Below are positions 42,136 through 52,786 of a stretch of 64,000 nucleotides of DNA, one piece after another. A program made the translations under genes and the position numbers. The stretch covers positions 1 to 64,000 of the forward strand of contig CAVPNL010000006.1 in assembly GCA_963706575.1 (NCBI GenBank). Reading direction: 5' to 3'. The notes under the pieces were generated by a model, which saw only the letters and a list, made by a program, of their open reading frames with translations, did no database searches and was not told where the DNA came from. The DNA comes from an uncultured delta proteobacterium. GTDB lineage: Bacteria; Desulfobacterota; Desulfobacteria; Desulfobacterales; JAHEIW01. Each line of letters begins with the position of its first letter. Position 1 is the first letter of the stretch.

Positions 42136-42367
42136 AAATATTTAGCTCATAGCTCACAGCTGAAAGCGCAAAGTCAAATAATTATTGCTGTACATCAATT
42201 CTGGTAGAAAATAACAAGACCAGCTATTATGTCAACTCTTTCAACTAAACGTGAGCGGGGAATATATCGGAGAAATCTCTGACGTTTAGGAAAGAATAAA
42301 ATGATAAGTCGCCCGGGCGAACTTTGATTCGACAGGGATACGTTTTAAAAAAAATAATGCCGAAGAT

Positions 42368-43267
42368 TTAAAAATCGCTTTTATTCAACTGGAGCAAAAT
42401 AATCGATACGATCACGATTATCCCGCCAGTGATCTGCAGCGGCCGCATGATTTCACCCAAAAAAATACTGGCAATCACGCCAGCTGATATCGGTTCCAAT
42501 GTCGCTGTAATACTGGCAGCAGTGGGCCGTATTCTTTTGATGCCTTCAAAATAGAGCCCAAAGGGCAAAACGGTTCCGAAAATACCAATAAAAAAAATCC
42601 AGCCCCATTGCACCGCCGAGTATCTGTGCAGAATCGCCTCCAAAGGCGGGTGCAGGATATTCCACATCAAAGCAGCGAAAAGCATACCATAGAGCAAAAC
42701 CGTCCAGGGCGCATATTTGCGCATGCCGTACTCACTTAAAACCGAATATACGGCAAATGCGACGGCGGCAAGCAGGCCGCTGATAATTCCGAGGCGGTTT
42801 AATTCCAATAGCTGCAGATTATAAGCACCGACCACTAAATAACACCCGACCAATGTCCCGAAAATGGCCAGGATGCTTATACGGCCGATTGTCTGTCGTT
42901 GAACAAACACAACATAAAGCGCGACGAATACGGGGCCGGTGTAATGAAGCAATATGGCGGCAGCCACCTTAATTTTGCTGATGGCAAACAGATATAGAAA
43001 TTGGGCCGCACCAATTCCGAAAACGCCCAGAGCCAGAAAATACGGCAAATCTGATATCGAAATCTTAAGAAGTGCCGAATGTCTCAAACACAGCCATATC
43101 AGCAGGCAGGTAAATGCCATTGTGGTTCTCAGTTGAATCAGCTGATAGGGGGTGATGCCGGAATGAAAAAGAAACTTGGCGGAGGTCCCGGATACGGCAA
43201 ACAAAACCGCCGCCAGGGCAACATAGAAATATCCGAGCCTGCCGGATTGTCGATCCTCAATATGCAT
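42368..43267 (-). CDS. EamA/DMT family transporter
   Basis: About 10 TM in two EamA repeats; ASITATLEP motif. Confidence 0.9.
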   Translation of the reverse strand: MHIEDRQSGRLGYFYVALAAVLFAVSGTSAKFLFHSGITPYQLIQLRTTMAFTCLLIWLCLRHSALLKISISDLPYFLALGVFGIGAAQFLYLFAISKIKVAAAILLHYTGPVFVALYVVFVQRQTIGRISILAIFGTLVGCYLVVGAYNLQLLELNRLGIISGLLAAVAFAVYSVLSEYGMRKYAPWTVLLYGMLFAALMWNILHPPLEAILHRYSAVQWGWIFFIGIFGTVLPFGLYFEGIKRIRPTAASITATLEPISAGVIASIFLGEIMRPLQITGGIIVIVSIILLQLNKSDF

Positions 43268-43280
43268 CTATGTCACCCTT

Positions 43281-44051
43281 TCAGAAGCTTTCGAAGCTAC
43301 CCCGGCGGCCGAGTCCGTCTGCGAAGCGAGTTGCACCCCGGCGCGCTTCTTCACGAAGCGGCCGATCTCCTTCAATTGCCTCATTGCGCAGCGCTTCAAC
43401 CAGATCCAGATCCCACTGACGGTGACACGACATTCTGTCCGCACGCATGCACACCTGCGGGAAGCGTGCGATCTCGGCCGCAAGGCGCTGGGCTTCTGGG
43501 CGTGCCTGGCCGTGTGGAACGACACGGTTGGCCAAACCCCACGTCAGCGCCTCATCAGCGCCCACCGGGCGACCTGTCAAAATCATATCCAGGGCGCGAC
43601 TCCCTCCGATTAGTCTGGGCAAGCGTACAGTGCCCCCATCGATCAGCGGCACTCCCCATCGCCGGCAGAAGACACCGAATATGGCATCCGCCTCCATGAT
43701 CCGAAGGTCGCACCACAAGGCCAGTTCAAGACCGCCCGCCACGGCGTACCCGTCCACGGCGGCGATCACCGGCTTGTTAAGAAGACGACGTGACACGCCC
43801 AGCGCGCCGTCACCTTCGGAATCGTACGACTCCGGGAAACCTTCAGTTGTGAACTCCTTAAGATCCCAGCCTGCACAGAAACATCCACCGGCGCCAGCAA
43901 GTACCGCCACCGCCGACGCTTCGTCCCGTTCAAAGGATTCAAAGGCCTCCCGAAGTTCGCCGGCGGTCTGTTCATTTACCGCGTTTCGTCGTTCAGGACG
44001 GTTAATGATCACTGTTTTTACCGGACCGCTCTGCTCAACCAATACATTCAT
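43281..44051 (-). CDS. Crotonase/enoyl-CoA hydratase family protein
   Basis: INRPERRNA, FCAGWDL, AVAGGLELALWCD and FCRRWGVPLIDGG motifs; GGAGG before ATG 44051. Confidence 0.9.
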   Translation of the reverse strand: MNVLVEQSGPVKTVIINRPERRNAVNEQTAGELREAFESFERDEASAVAVLAGAGGCFCAGWDLKEFTTEGFPESYDSEGDGALGVSRRLLNKPVIAAVDGYAVAGGLELALWCDLRIMEADAIFGVFCRRWGVPLIDGGTVRLPRLIGGSRALDMILTGRPVGADEALTWGLANRVVPHGQARPEAQRLAAEIARFPQVCMRADRMSCHRQWDLDLVEALRNEAIEGDRPLREEARRGATRFADGLGRRGSFESF

Positions 44052-44173
44052 TGTTATTCCTCCGTGAATAAGAAGGGGTTTTCCCATTTTTGGCCAGCTG
44101 TTCAGCTACCGGCAGCTGCTCAACCGGCGGGTAGCGATGCCGGAAAGGACGGGCCTTAAATTTGTCCCAATTG

Positions 44174-44737
44174 CTATTTATTGCGCTTAAATATTATCCG
44201 AAAGTTCGGGAAAAACATCGGTGTCCTTTTTCGATATTCAATATAATCCTCACCCAGCCGTTTTATGAGTTCCGGCTCCTCAATAACCTTCAGTTCCCAG
44301 ACATTTATCAAAATGAAAAGCGGTGTGAATACAACGAGAAGAGAAGCAGATCCGAGGAACACACCAAAACCAAAGAGCAGCGCAAATATGCCGGTCAGCA
44401 TTGGATTGCGCACATAGGCGTAAGGTCCGGTTGTGACCAATCGGGGTGGCGGGTTGAAAGGAACCGGCGTGCCCTTTGCTTTAAAAAAGTTTAGAACCGA
44501 CCATCCGAGCAAAAACAAAGCAATCGAAAAAATAGGTAAAGCCAAAATGACAGAAAGCGATCGGGGAAATATTTCGTTAATACCCAATAACCGATCCATT
44601 TGCAAAGCGACAACCACAAAAGAAAATATCAATAAGCCATAGAAGAATGCCCCGATCGGTGTAAAAAAGTTTCGGATTTTTCTACTGCCCGTCGCCACAC
44701 GATACAAAAATTCAATCCATTTAGATTTTATTGTCAT
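44174..44737 (-). CDS. Isoprenylcysteine carboxyl methyltransferase/PEMT family membrane protein
   Basis: GTPVP..PP.RLVTTGPYAYVRNPM and EE..L..RLG..Y..Y motifs. Confidence 0.88.
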   Translation of the reverse strand: MTIKSKWIEFLYRVATGSRKIRNFFTPIGAFFYGLLIFSFVVVALQMDRLLGINEIFPRSLSVILALPIFSIALFLLGWSVLNFFKAKGTPVPFNPPPRLVTTGPYAYVRNPMLTGIFALLFGFGVFLGSASLLVVFTPLFILINVWELKVIEEPELIKRLGEDYIEYRKRTPMFFPNFRIIFKRNK

Positions 44738-45294
44738 GATTGGCTGAGCCTGACGGCTGTTCCGTACACTAACAGTTCAGCGGCACTGCCAATTACGCTG
44801 GTCGTCATGTAGCGAATATTGATGACGGCATCGGCTCCCAATTCAACAGCCTTAGCCGTCATTCTCTCGGTAGCGATTGACCGGGCGCTGCCCATCATTT
44901 CCGTGTATTCAGTTAATTCACCGCCAAGAATCAGCCGGACGATGGCGGATAGGTCTTTGCCAAGCCATATGGCATAGACGGTATGACCCTGGACCAGACC
45001 GAGAATCTCAGTGATTTCTCGACCGGGCAGTTCATCGGAACTCAACAGCAAAACCCTGCAATCAGATGCGGTCGTCGTCTGCGCTTCAGCGGATTTCCTG
45101 TGTGCCCGTTGTTCGAGAGCCAGTGTCGCCAATACCACAAGGATGCCCCCCAAAAGGCAGAAAACCGCCAACCGCAACCACCAGGGCACGACCGGATTAT
45201 CGGCAGTCATTACGTACCATGGCATCCCTACAAATACGGCAGTAAAAAGCCCGAGCACGAACGCCACCGAGCCAATGTGTCTAATTGCTTTCAT
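44734..45294 (-). CDS. YbjQ/UPF0145 family protein with two N-terminal TM helices
   Basis: GGELTEYTEMM..AR, GADAVINIRY and YGTAV motifs. Confidence 0.85.
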   Translation of the reverse strand: MKAIRHIGSVAFVLGLFTAVFVGMPWYVMTADNPVVPWWLRLAVFCLLGGILVVLATLALEQRAHRKSAEAQTTTASDCRVLLLSSDELPGREITEILGLVQGHTVYAIWLGKDLSAIVRLILGGELTEYTEMMGSARSIATERMTAKAVELGADAVINIRYMTTSVIGSAAELLVYGTAVRLSQS

Positions 45295-45314
45295 GGTTTC
45301 TCCTTTTTGACGGA

Positions 45315-48300
45315 TTATGCACCGCGATTTGAAAAAACTTTTTTAATCGGATCCGCATTTAGAAAGCCTGACTTCAGCTCATTGTCAGAGAGACGGTTTG
45401 CAGCGTCGTTGATGAGTTGAGCCGCCAGTCCCCAATTATCCCTTGCCTCGCTGGACCTTCCCGCATTATGGAAAGCAGATGCTAACGAGGCATACGCCTG
45501 CCACAGCTGGCGAGGGTTGCCCACTTCTTCGAGGATGTGAATCGATTCTCTAAGATAATTAAGCGCGTTTTCAAACTCATTTTGCTTGAGAAGCAACTCG
45601 CCTGCCAGGCGTAAAAAACATCCCTGCCGCTTTTTCATGAGTTTGTCTTTTGCCAATTTGAGGTTTTCTTGAATGATGGTATCTGCCTGAACCGTATCGT
45701 TTCTAATCAGCAGAATCTGGGCAGTTAAATAATTCATGCGGGATTCCCATTGGTGACGGAAGTAATTAAAATCTTCACCTTTTGCTTCCACCCTGAAGGA
45801 TTGTATTCCATTCCAGGCTTCATCCAAATTGCCCTGATCAAAATTATTCTCCATTACATTAATATAACTCTGAGCAAGCATTTCAGCATATTGGTGCCTG
45901 CCTATGGGGTATTTTATCAGAAGGCTGCGAGCAATTTCTTCTCCTCTTTTATTTAGCGCCGCTGCGCGCGCGATGTTATGGATTTCTCCGTAACAGTAAC
46001 CCAGACAGTTATACAGGCATGCGAGTCGTATCGAGACGCCAAATTTTTCGCAAACATCGATCGCATTTTTTAAAATCGCAATTCCCTCCTCAATTCTCCC
46101 GGTCTCTGCCAGAGCGGTGCCTCGGGTAAAAACAACATAGCTCATGCCCGTCATGTTAAACATCTCACGTGCGATTTCAGCGATACCCTCGGTCAACTCG
46201 ATGGTCTTTTGCGGCCGGCCAAACCACCTCTCTGTGACGGATCGATGTGCGCATGCATAGGCGATGACTTCGGGATTCCCGGATTCCGCGGCCATTCTTT
46301 CGGCTTCAATGTGGATTTGCTTTGCTTTGCGAGGCCGGCCGTCAAGAATCATTCGCGTACCCATTGACGACAGAATAGTACTCTCGAGGGCCATATCGCC
46401 CATCTCCTGGGCCCGGGCAATGCCTTCTTTTAGAATACTTTCAGCTTCAGCTTTTACAGGCCACATATGCATCAAGAAGCTATATGCAAAAAGATTCTCC
46501 TTTTCGTAGTCAATAAAGCCATGCTGTCTGCTGAGATCGATGGCCTTTCCGCATGCTCCCACGCTCTTTCCTATGGCACCGATGTCAATGTACGCATTGG
46601 TGAGTCCTGTGTGTATACGAATCTGTGCTTCTGGATCCAATGCGATATTATGCGTTTCAGCCACCACCAGTGCCTTTTCAAAGAAATCACAGGCAGTCTG
46701 AGCGGCACTATGCTGATTTGATTTTTCACCGGCCAGTATCAAATAATCGGTTGCTTTTTTTTGATTGCCGCTGCGCTCGTAATGATATGCGAGCAATTCA
46801 TAGTGTACCTCTAGCTGATGGGCATAAATTTCTTCGATCGCCTGGGCGATGCGACCGTGGAGCTCTTTGCGCCGCTGCTTCAGTAAACTCTCATAGGCGA
46901 CTTCCTGGGTAAGGGCGTGTTTGAAAATGTACTCCAGCTCCGGATACAGAACCTTTTCATAAAGAATTTCCAGCCCGACCAGGTTGGTCAGATGAGCCCT
47001 TAACTCATCTCCCAGCGCCATCGTATTTTTGAGCAGGCGAAACGCAAAATCTCTTCCGATGACACTTGCCACCTGAATCGTCTTTTTGAGATCCTCGCTT
47101 AACCGGTCCATTCGGGCTGCTAAAACGCCCTGGATGGTGCGGGGAATTTCTAATTTGTTGATAGGCTGTACGGATATATACGTATCCCCTTTCTTTACAA
47201 GTTCCCCGCGGTCAAGAAGCTCTCTGATTGTCTCTTCGACGAAGAAGGGGTTCCCACTGGCCCTTTCAATCAGTTTTTTTTCGAGGCCCGGTTCTAAAGC
47301 AACCCCGCCGAGTATGTTGCGCATCAGGCGGATAGAAGAATTAGAGCTAAGGGTCTCAAGTCCCAGCCTCTGATAATGAGCACCTTGCGCCCATGTGGGC
47401 GCACCTTCCGGGCGGTAGGTTGCAATCATAAGGATCTGGCTTTTAACGAAAGACCGTGAAAAATAGGTGAACAACTCTTCAGAAATTTTATCCATCCAGT
47501 GGACGTCATCTAAAAAAAGAACCAGCGGTTTCTTTTCGCTAATTTTAAAAAGAAGTTCTTTGACCGCTTCAAAAGTGCCAAATTTGCGGCCTTCAGAATC
47601 AAGCAAATCCAATATCGGGTCATCCACCCGCAGCGAAAGTAGATTCCGGTAAAATGGGATCATCGATGCAAGACCGTCCGTGGCTTTTTCCTCGATATGC
47701 CTCGAAATATCTTCTTCAGTCATTCCTTCTGCGATTCCAAACGCCAATTTGACCACGTCGATCACCGGCAGAAAGCTAATGTTGCGGCCATAATGGATAC
47801 AAATTCCGCTAAGAAATCTAGCCGCATTACCGAGCGTTTCACGAAATTCATATACCAGACGGCTCTTTCCGACACCGGCCTCACCCACCACATCCACTAT
47901 CTGGGCGTCACCGTTTTTAGCTTTTTTAAAAGCGGCCTGCAGGGCTTGCATTTCAGGACCGCGCCCGACAAATTGGGTTACCCCGCGCATTAAAACCGCC
48001 TCAAAGCGGGTACGCACGCCGGGCCGCTCCGCGATCACACAGTAGGTTGGCTGCGGCCGGGATTTACCTTTTAGCTGGATTTCCCCAACCGGCCTGTTTT
48101 GAAAGTAATCCCGTATGATATTTTGTGTTTCTTGACTTACCCACACTTCTCCGGGATTGGCGTTTTGCTGAATCCGGGCGGCGAGATTCGTTGTATCACC
48201 CACAGCAGTATAGTCCATCCTTAGATCATCCCCGATAGAGCCCACGATTACCGGGCCTGAGTTAAGGCCGATTCTCATACGAAACTCAGCCCCGGTCTTC

Positions 48301-48836
48301 TGTTTTATCTTTTCACAATATCCGCCCATTGCTTTTTGAATGGATAATGCGGCGGTACAGGCTCTCTGCGCATGGTCCTCATGGGCTAGCGGCGCACCAA
48401 AAAGCGCCATGACGCCATCACCGGTAAACTGGTTGATGGTACCCTCATACCTGTGAATCTCATCCATCAGGATTTTAAAACACCCATCCATCATCTGGTG
48501 AACTTCTTCCGGGTCAATTTTTTCTGAAATAGACGTATAATTGGCCACATCCGCAAAAAGAACGGTGACCAGCTTGCGTTCACCTTCAATGGAGCTGCGG
48601 GTTGTAAGGATCTTGTCCGCTAAAAATCTGGGGGTGTAGGACTGGGGTTCCGAGTAGTGAACTGGAGGGGCTATGGCAGGTTTACTTAAATCGTATCCGC
48701 ATTCATCACAAAATTTGCTGTCGGGTGTAATAAACGCATCGCACTTCGGGCAGGCAAGCTCTAATTTAGCGCCGCATTCCTTACAAAATTTGGCCCCTTC
48801 ACGATTTTCAAACTGGCATTTTGGGCACTTCACCAT
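45315..48836 (-). CDS. Double zinc ribbon + class III cyclase + AAA + TPR protein, copy 2 (intact)
   Basis: LFADVANYT, NQFTGDGVM, DYTAVGDTTNLAARI, GEAGVGKS, LDDVHWMD and YIFKHALTQEV motifs. Confidence 0.92.
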   Translation of the reverse strand: MVKCPKCQFENREGAKFCKECGAKLELACPKCDAFITPDSKFCDECGYDLSKPAIAPPVHYSEPQSYTPRFLADKILTTRSSIEGERKLVTVLFADVANYTSISEKIDPEEVHQMMDGCFKILMDEIHRYEGTINQFTGDGVMALFGAPLAHEDHAQRACTAALSIQKAMGGYCEKIKQKTGAEFRMRIGLNSGPVIVGSIGDDLRMDYTAVGDTTNLAARIQQNANPGEVWVSQETQNIIRDYFQNRPVGEIQLKGKSRPQPTYCVIAERPGVRTRFEAVLMRGVTQFVGRGPEMQALQAAFKKAKNGDAQIVDVVGEAGVGKSRLVYEFRETLGNAARFLSGICIHYGRNISFLPVIDVVKLAFGIAEGMTEEDISRHIEEKATDGLASMIPFYRNLLSLRVDDPILDLLDSEGRKFGTFEAVKELLFKISEKKPLVLFLDDVHWMDKISEELFTYFSRSFVKSQILMIATYRPEGAPTWAQGAHYQRLGLETLSSNSSIRLMRNILGGVALEPGLEKKLIERASGNPFFVEETIRELLDRGELVKKGDTYISVQPINKLEIPRTIQGVLAARMDRLSEDLKKTIQVASVIGRDFAFRLLKNTMALGDELRAHLTNLVGLEILYEKVLYPELEYIFKHALTQEVAYESLLKQRRKELHGRIAQAIEEIYAHQLEVHYELLAYHYERSGNQKKATDYLILAGEKSNQHSAAQTACDFFEKALVVAETHNIALDPEAQIRIHTGLTNAYIDIGAIGKSVGACGKAIDLSRQHGFIDYEKENLFAYSFLMHMWPVKAEAESILKEGIARAQEMGDMALESTILSSMGTRMILDGRPRKAKQIHIEAERMAAESGNPEVIAYACAHRSVTERWFGRPQKTIELTEGIAEIAREMFNMTGMSYVVFTRGTALAETGRIEEGIAILKNAIDVCEKFGVSIRLACLYNCLGYCYGEIHNIARAAALNKRGEEIARSLLIKYPIGRHQYAEMLAQSYINVMENNFDQGNLDEAWNGIQSFRVEAKGEDFNYFRHQWESRMNYLTAQILLIRNDTVQADTIIQENLKLAKDKLMKKRQGCFLRLAGELLLKQNEFENALNYLRESIHILEEVGNPRQLWQAYASLASAFHNAGRSSEARDNWGLAAQLINDAANRLSDNELKSGFLNADPIKKVFSNRGA

Positions 48837-49357
48837 TGCGCCCTCCATTTTTAATTTTAGCTGTTTGAATCATTATGAAGGAATTTCTGATTGTCAGTCA
48901 GGAAATATCGTAATTAATATTTAATGTCAATTAAACGGACACTTAATATGTTGTGGTTGGATGGCAAGAAGAAATGTTGCCTTAGCTTGTATCGCAAGTT
49001 TTGAGGGTAGGTCAATTCTGCTAGATGTTGAAGGTATCAATAATTTCGAAAGAAAAATAAAGCAGGGCCTCAGATGGCCCCGCTTCGATAGTTTATAGCT
49101 AACCGGCAATACACATGGCTAACCTTACAAGAGACGAAAGTTTGAGTGAAACAAGTGTCCATTTCAGTAGGAGCGGCAAATTAATTGGCGAAGCGTCTCT
49201 CAATAGGCGAATATGAATCTGAGGGAGAAGAGATGAATTGAGGTGTGAAATTGAGTTTCAATATGCGTGCAATTGATATTCTAATATTTAAAATTTGAGA
49301 TAGATGTTAAGAAAAATACATTTATTGGTCAAACATCAAAGCGCTATGAAACGAATT

Positions 49358-50365
49358 TTAGTCGATTTGCCCGCGGCCGTGAAATATCCGTGACGGCATA
49401 TAACCATGCCAGATGATGTCTTTTTGGCTCAGGTACTGGCTGGCCGCTTCGTCCGGCGGGCGGTAAACGAGCCGAAATTGTTCGGACCCGTCCAGGGTGC
49501 CGATCTGCTTGACCTGGCCGTCGGCCTCGACCAGCCATCTTTCGGTGGAAAAATCAAAATCAAAACGCATGCGCTGCTCGGGCGCCAGGGTGACGACATC
49601 AACGTCGGAAGGCCAGGCGTCTTCGCACGGATTATGCGCCGGCGCCCATTTTTTCTTGGCCCAGGGCACCGCTTCCAGACTAAAAGAGCAATAATCCGGC
49701 AGATTGACAATTCCCAGTGGCTTTTCAGAAGCATTGGCCAGGGTCAACCGAACCGTGGCGCTTTTGGGAGCCTCCTCCTCAGAGTTTCCCCGCCGGTGTC
49801 GTATAACATGGGTGCCGATTCCCAGCGGGCTCCAGCGATATCCCCTTATTACCGCCTTGCCACCCGGGCTGATGGCGATTTCCATTTCCAACGGGATCTG
49901 GACGTCGGTCCAGTTCCCGCGGCGTTTTTCAATGGCCCGGCCCCGGCCCTGCTCGACAAAATAGGCTTCGATGCCGTAATTGATCCAGATCGGGTTGCTT
50001 GCCCGCAGGGTCCGATATGGATAGGGCAGGCGACCGGCAAGGTACATACCGTCTGCCGGTTTTTCGCGACCGGCATCCACCAGTTCATAAAGCCCGTTGG
50101 GACCCTCTTTCAGGGAGACATAAATTTTATCGCCCTTTTTTAAATCGCCGACACTGTCGACGCCTTTTAACCGGTTGACCGGAATCCGTGATATTTCATA
50201 ATTGAGGCGCACGTAATCACCCCTGAACATGTCACGCGGGTCAATGGGGGCGGTACGCAGATGGATGACTTTACCGTTGCGCAGGATATATTCGCGTTCC
50301 CCGGCCATGTAGGCCAGCACGATGAGCTGCAAAACGACAGCCAGTATGACAAATGATTTCCTCAT
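49358..50365 (-). CDS. GDYXXLXY domain-containing protein with C-terminal extension
   Basis: LRTAPIDPRDMFRGDYVRLNY and YGIEAYFVEQG motifs. Confidence 0.9.
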   Translation of the reverse strand: MRKSFVILAVVLQLIVLAYMAGEREYILRNGKVIHLRTAPIDPRDMFRGDYVRLNYEISRIPVNRLKGVDSVGDLKKGDKIYVSLKEGPNGLYELVDAGREKPADGMYLAGRLPYPYRTLRASNPIWINYGIEAYFVEQGRGRAIEKRRGNWTDVQIPLEMEIAISPGGKAVIRGYRWSPLGIGTHVIRHRRGNSEEEAPKSATVRLTLANASEKPLGIVNLPDYCSFSLEAVPWAKKKWAPAHNPCEDAWPSDVDVVTLAPEQRMRFDFDFSTERWLVEADGQVKQIGTLDGSEQFRLVYRPPDEAASQYLSQKDIIWHGYMPSRIFHGRGQID

Positions 50366-51669
50366 GGGGTTGCTCGATCAATTTGTTTCTTGGTTCTGGA
50401 ATAATATAGGCCCACTGAAAACAATGCAGCGCCGGCAATAAAAAAGACCAGGGACCGGACCAGCAGGCTGTGGAACAGGTCCGTATAGCGGGCTATGGCG
50501 ATGACGGCAAACAGCACACATCCGGTCACGGTGGTTTTCAGATTAAGGGTTTTGCAGCCGCTGACAATCATCATGATGCATTGATACAGAAATAAAATAT
50601 TAAAAACCGCCATTCCCAGCCACCCACCTAATGGTAGCAGGCCCAGTATGTTGAGAATCATAATAGTCAGGGTGGCCCATACACCGTAATATTGGCTGCT
50701 GATGACGCTGTCGGGCTGAACCTTCTTTTTGGCAGTCGGCCAGATAGCCCATGCCCAGGTGCCGATGGCTGCCAGGGCAAATGAAAAGAAAAACAAACTT
50801 TCCATGAATTGGTCGAAATCGACCGACCAGGTTCCCCTGCCCCGATGGTGGAAGCTTAAAAGGAACAGAATTGCTAAATAGACAAAAAAACCGATGAAAG
50901 AAAACACCGGGCCCATTTCCGGAAACAGGTTGCGCTGCCGCACCACCAGGCTCATTGCAATCAACATGCAGCCGCAGAAGAATACAACCAGAACCGCCAG
51001 ATCGCCTTCGAGCATCGAAGCGGATATCAACAGCGTTGCCAGAAAGCTGATCAGGCAGACGGTAGCCAGCACCCGGGATCGCCGGAGCCAGGCCAGCGGC
51101 ATGATGCCGCCTAAAATGAGGAACGGGGATATGAGGTGCGGGTTTTTAAAATCAAATGCTTCAAAGCAGTTCCAGAGCACAAACAAAAGGGTGGCCAGGA
51201 TTCCATGGGCCATGGACGGCAGGCTCCAGGCCATTGCCAGGGCGCCGAACCCCCAGAATAAAAAGGCGTTGGGGTAGTGCTCCTCGATGTGATAAATCTG
51301 GGCGATCAGCCAGATGCCGGCGCCGAAGAGCATGGTGCCAAGCAGGTGCAATCCTTCACCGGCGGTCTGGTATGAGCTGTTGGGCCGCCGCAGCCAGAAT
51401 CCGGCACCGTGCGCGCCGATGATGGCCGCAAAAATCACCACCAGTTTAACAAACTTGTGCATCCGCTGCCAGTTGTAGGCAAATAAAAGAATAACACCCA
51501 GCCCGAAAAGGATGGCACCGATGCTAAAAAAAATGATCCGGCCCCATGCCGGTCCTTCCACCGGTGCCGGATACCGCTTCTTGATTGCCTGTCCCTGTTG
51601 CGGCTCGATGATGCCTTCGCCTACCCACAGGTCGATTTCATTCAAAAGCCATTTGATGTGTCTTTTCAT
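50362..51669 (-). CDS. DUF2157 domain multi-pass membrane protein
   Basis: W..EGII...Q, GVILLFAYNW and GAGIWLIAQIYH motifs; usual partner of GDYXXLXY genes. Confidence 0.88.
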   Translation of the reverse strand: MKRHIKWLLNEIDLWVGEGIIEPQQGQAIKKRYPAPVEGPAWGRIIFFSIGAILFGLGVILLFAYNWQRMHKFVKLVVIFAAIIGAHGAGFWLRRPNSSYQTAGEGLHLLGTMLFGAGIWLIAQIYHIEEHYPNAFLFWGFGALAMAWSLPSMAHGILATLLFVLWNCFEAFDFKNPHLISPFLILGGIMPLAWLRRSRVLATVCLISFLATLLISASMLEGDLAVLVVFFCGCMLIAMSLVVRQRNLFPEMGPVFSFIGFFVYLAILFLLSFHHRGRGTWSVDFDQFMESLFFFSFALAAIGTWAWAIWPTAKKKVQPDSVISSQYYGVWATLTIMILNILGLLPLGGWLGMAVFNILFLYQCIMMIVSGCKTLNLKTTVTGCVLFAVIAIARYTDLFHSLLVRSLVFFIAGAALFSVGLYYSRTKKQIDRATP

Positions 51670-51886
51670 AATTGCTCGGTCAAATCAGGTGGATCCCATA
51701 ACTGGTCAGCAGTGTCTGCCCCGCTGTTTAAACCCATCTCAAAAAAGCATTGCCTTTAATTGTATCCTTTGTTTGCCGCAAATATCAAATTTTTTAAAAA
51801 GGGACGCTAGGCAAATTCTGCACCGTAATAACAGATAATCATACTGAATATAACTTTAACCATTTGAAATTAAAGCGAAATAATTT

Positions 51887-51902
51887 TGGCACATAATCTG
51901 CA
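51887..51902 (+). promoter_or_regulatory. Sigma-54 (-24/-12) promoter
   Basis: TGGCACATAATCTGCA: GG at 51888-9 and GC at 51900-1 (exact 12-nt spacing), about 40 nt before motA. Confidence 0.7.
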
Positions 51903-51942
51903 ATTATGATGCAAGCGTTGAATAAAACAGGAGGAATATCAC

Positions 51943-52761
51943 GTGCTGCAAAAATTAATTCTGCTCATTGGCATCGTTCTCTTTATGATCCTTTCCGGAA
52001 ATGCCATCGAAAACACCTCGATCATGTTAAATCTGAAAAGTGCCCTGCTGGTTATGGCCGGCTCGCTTTTAAGCGCGCTTATCGCCTTTCCGATGAAGAC
52101 GTTTCGGGATCTCTTTAAAAGCCTGCTTTCTGTTTACAGGCAGGAGGCCACCGATAATGAGCCATTGGTTCAGGAAATGGAAAAGCTCGCGGTCATCTGG
52201 CGGCGTCATGGAATCATCGCGCTTGAGAATGCCAGAAATACGATCGATAATGTTTTCCTGAACAAGGGAATTGAACTGGTGATTGACGGTTATAATCGGT
52301 TTGACATTCGCAATATTATGGAAAAGGACTTTGAGCTCTACTTTTCCAGAAAAGAGTCACAGGTCAATGTGTTAAATACGCTTGCCAAGTTGGCCCCGGT
52401 TTTCGGCTTCGTCGGCACCATAATGGGTTTGATAAAGGTGCTGAACAACGTCGAGGATCCGGCCCTGATCGGAAAAGGTATGGCTCTGGCGCTCCTGACC
52501 ACATTGTATGGTATTTTGCTTGCTAATTTTCTTTTCTTCCCGCTTGCAAAAAAACTTTCTGAACACGCAAAAACCGAAACAATCGTTTTAAACATTATTT
52601 TAGAAGGGGTAATGGATATTGCGGATCAAAAAACATCCAAATCGATTTCCCATCGACTGAATTCCTACATCGGCATCAATCATCTCAGCCAGCTGAATAA
52701 GAAGAGTAAATACCTGATCGGGGAGCAACCGCAACCGACCCCGCAAACACAATCACCGTAA
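51943..52761 (+). CDS. motA: MotA/PomA-family stator subunit
   Basis: KGIELVIDG, LAPVFGFVGTIMGLI and MALALLTTLYG motifs; AGGAGG RBS, GTG start. Confidence 0.85.
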   Translation: MLQKLILLIGIVLFMILSGNAIENTSIMLNLKSALLVMAGSLLSALIAFPMKTFRDLFKSLLSVYRQEATDNEPLVQEMEKLAVIWRRHGIIALENARNTIDNVFLNKGIELVIDGYNRFDIRNIMEKDFELYFSRKESQVNVLNTLAKLAPVFGFVGTIMGLIKVLNNVEDPALIGKGMALALLTTLYGILLANFLFFPLAKKLSEHAKTETIVLNIILEGVMDIADQKTSKSISHRLNSYIGINHLSQLNKKSKYLIGEQPQPTPQTQSP

Positions 52762-52786
52762 CTCAGGCCGGAAGCGAGGGAAATTC

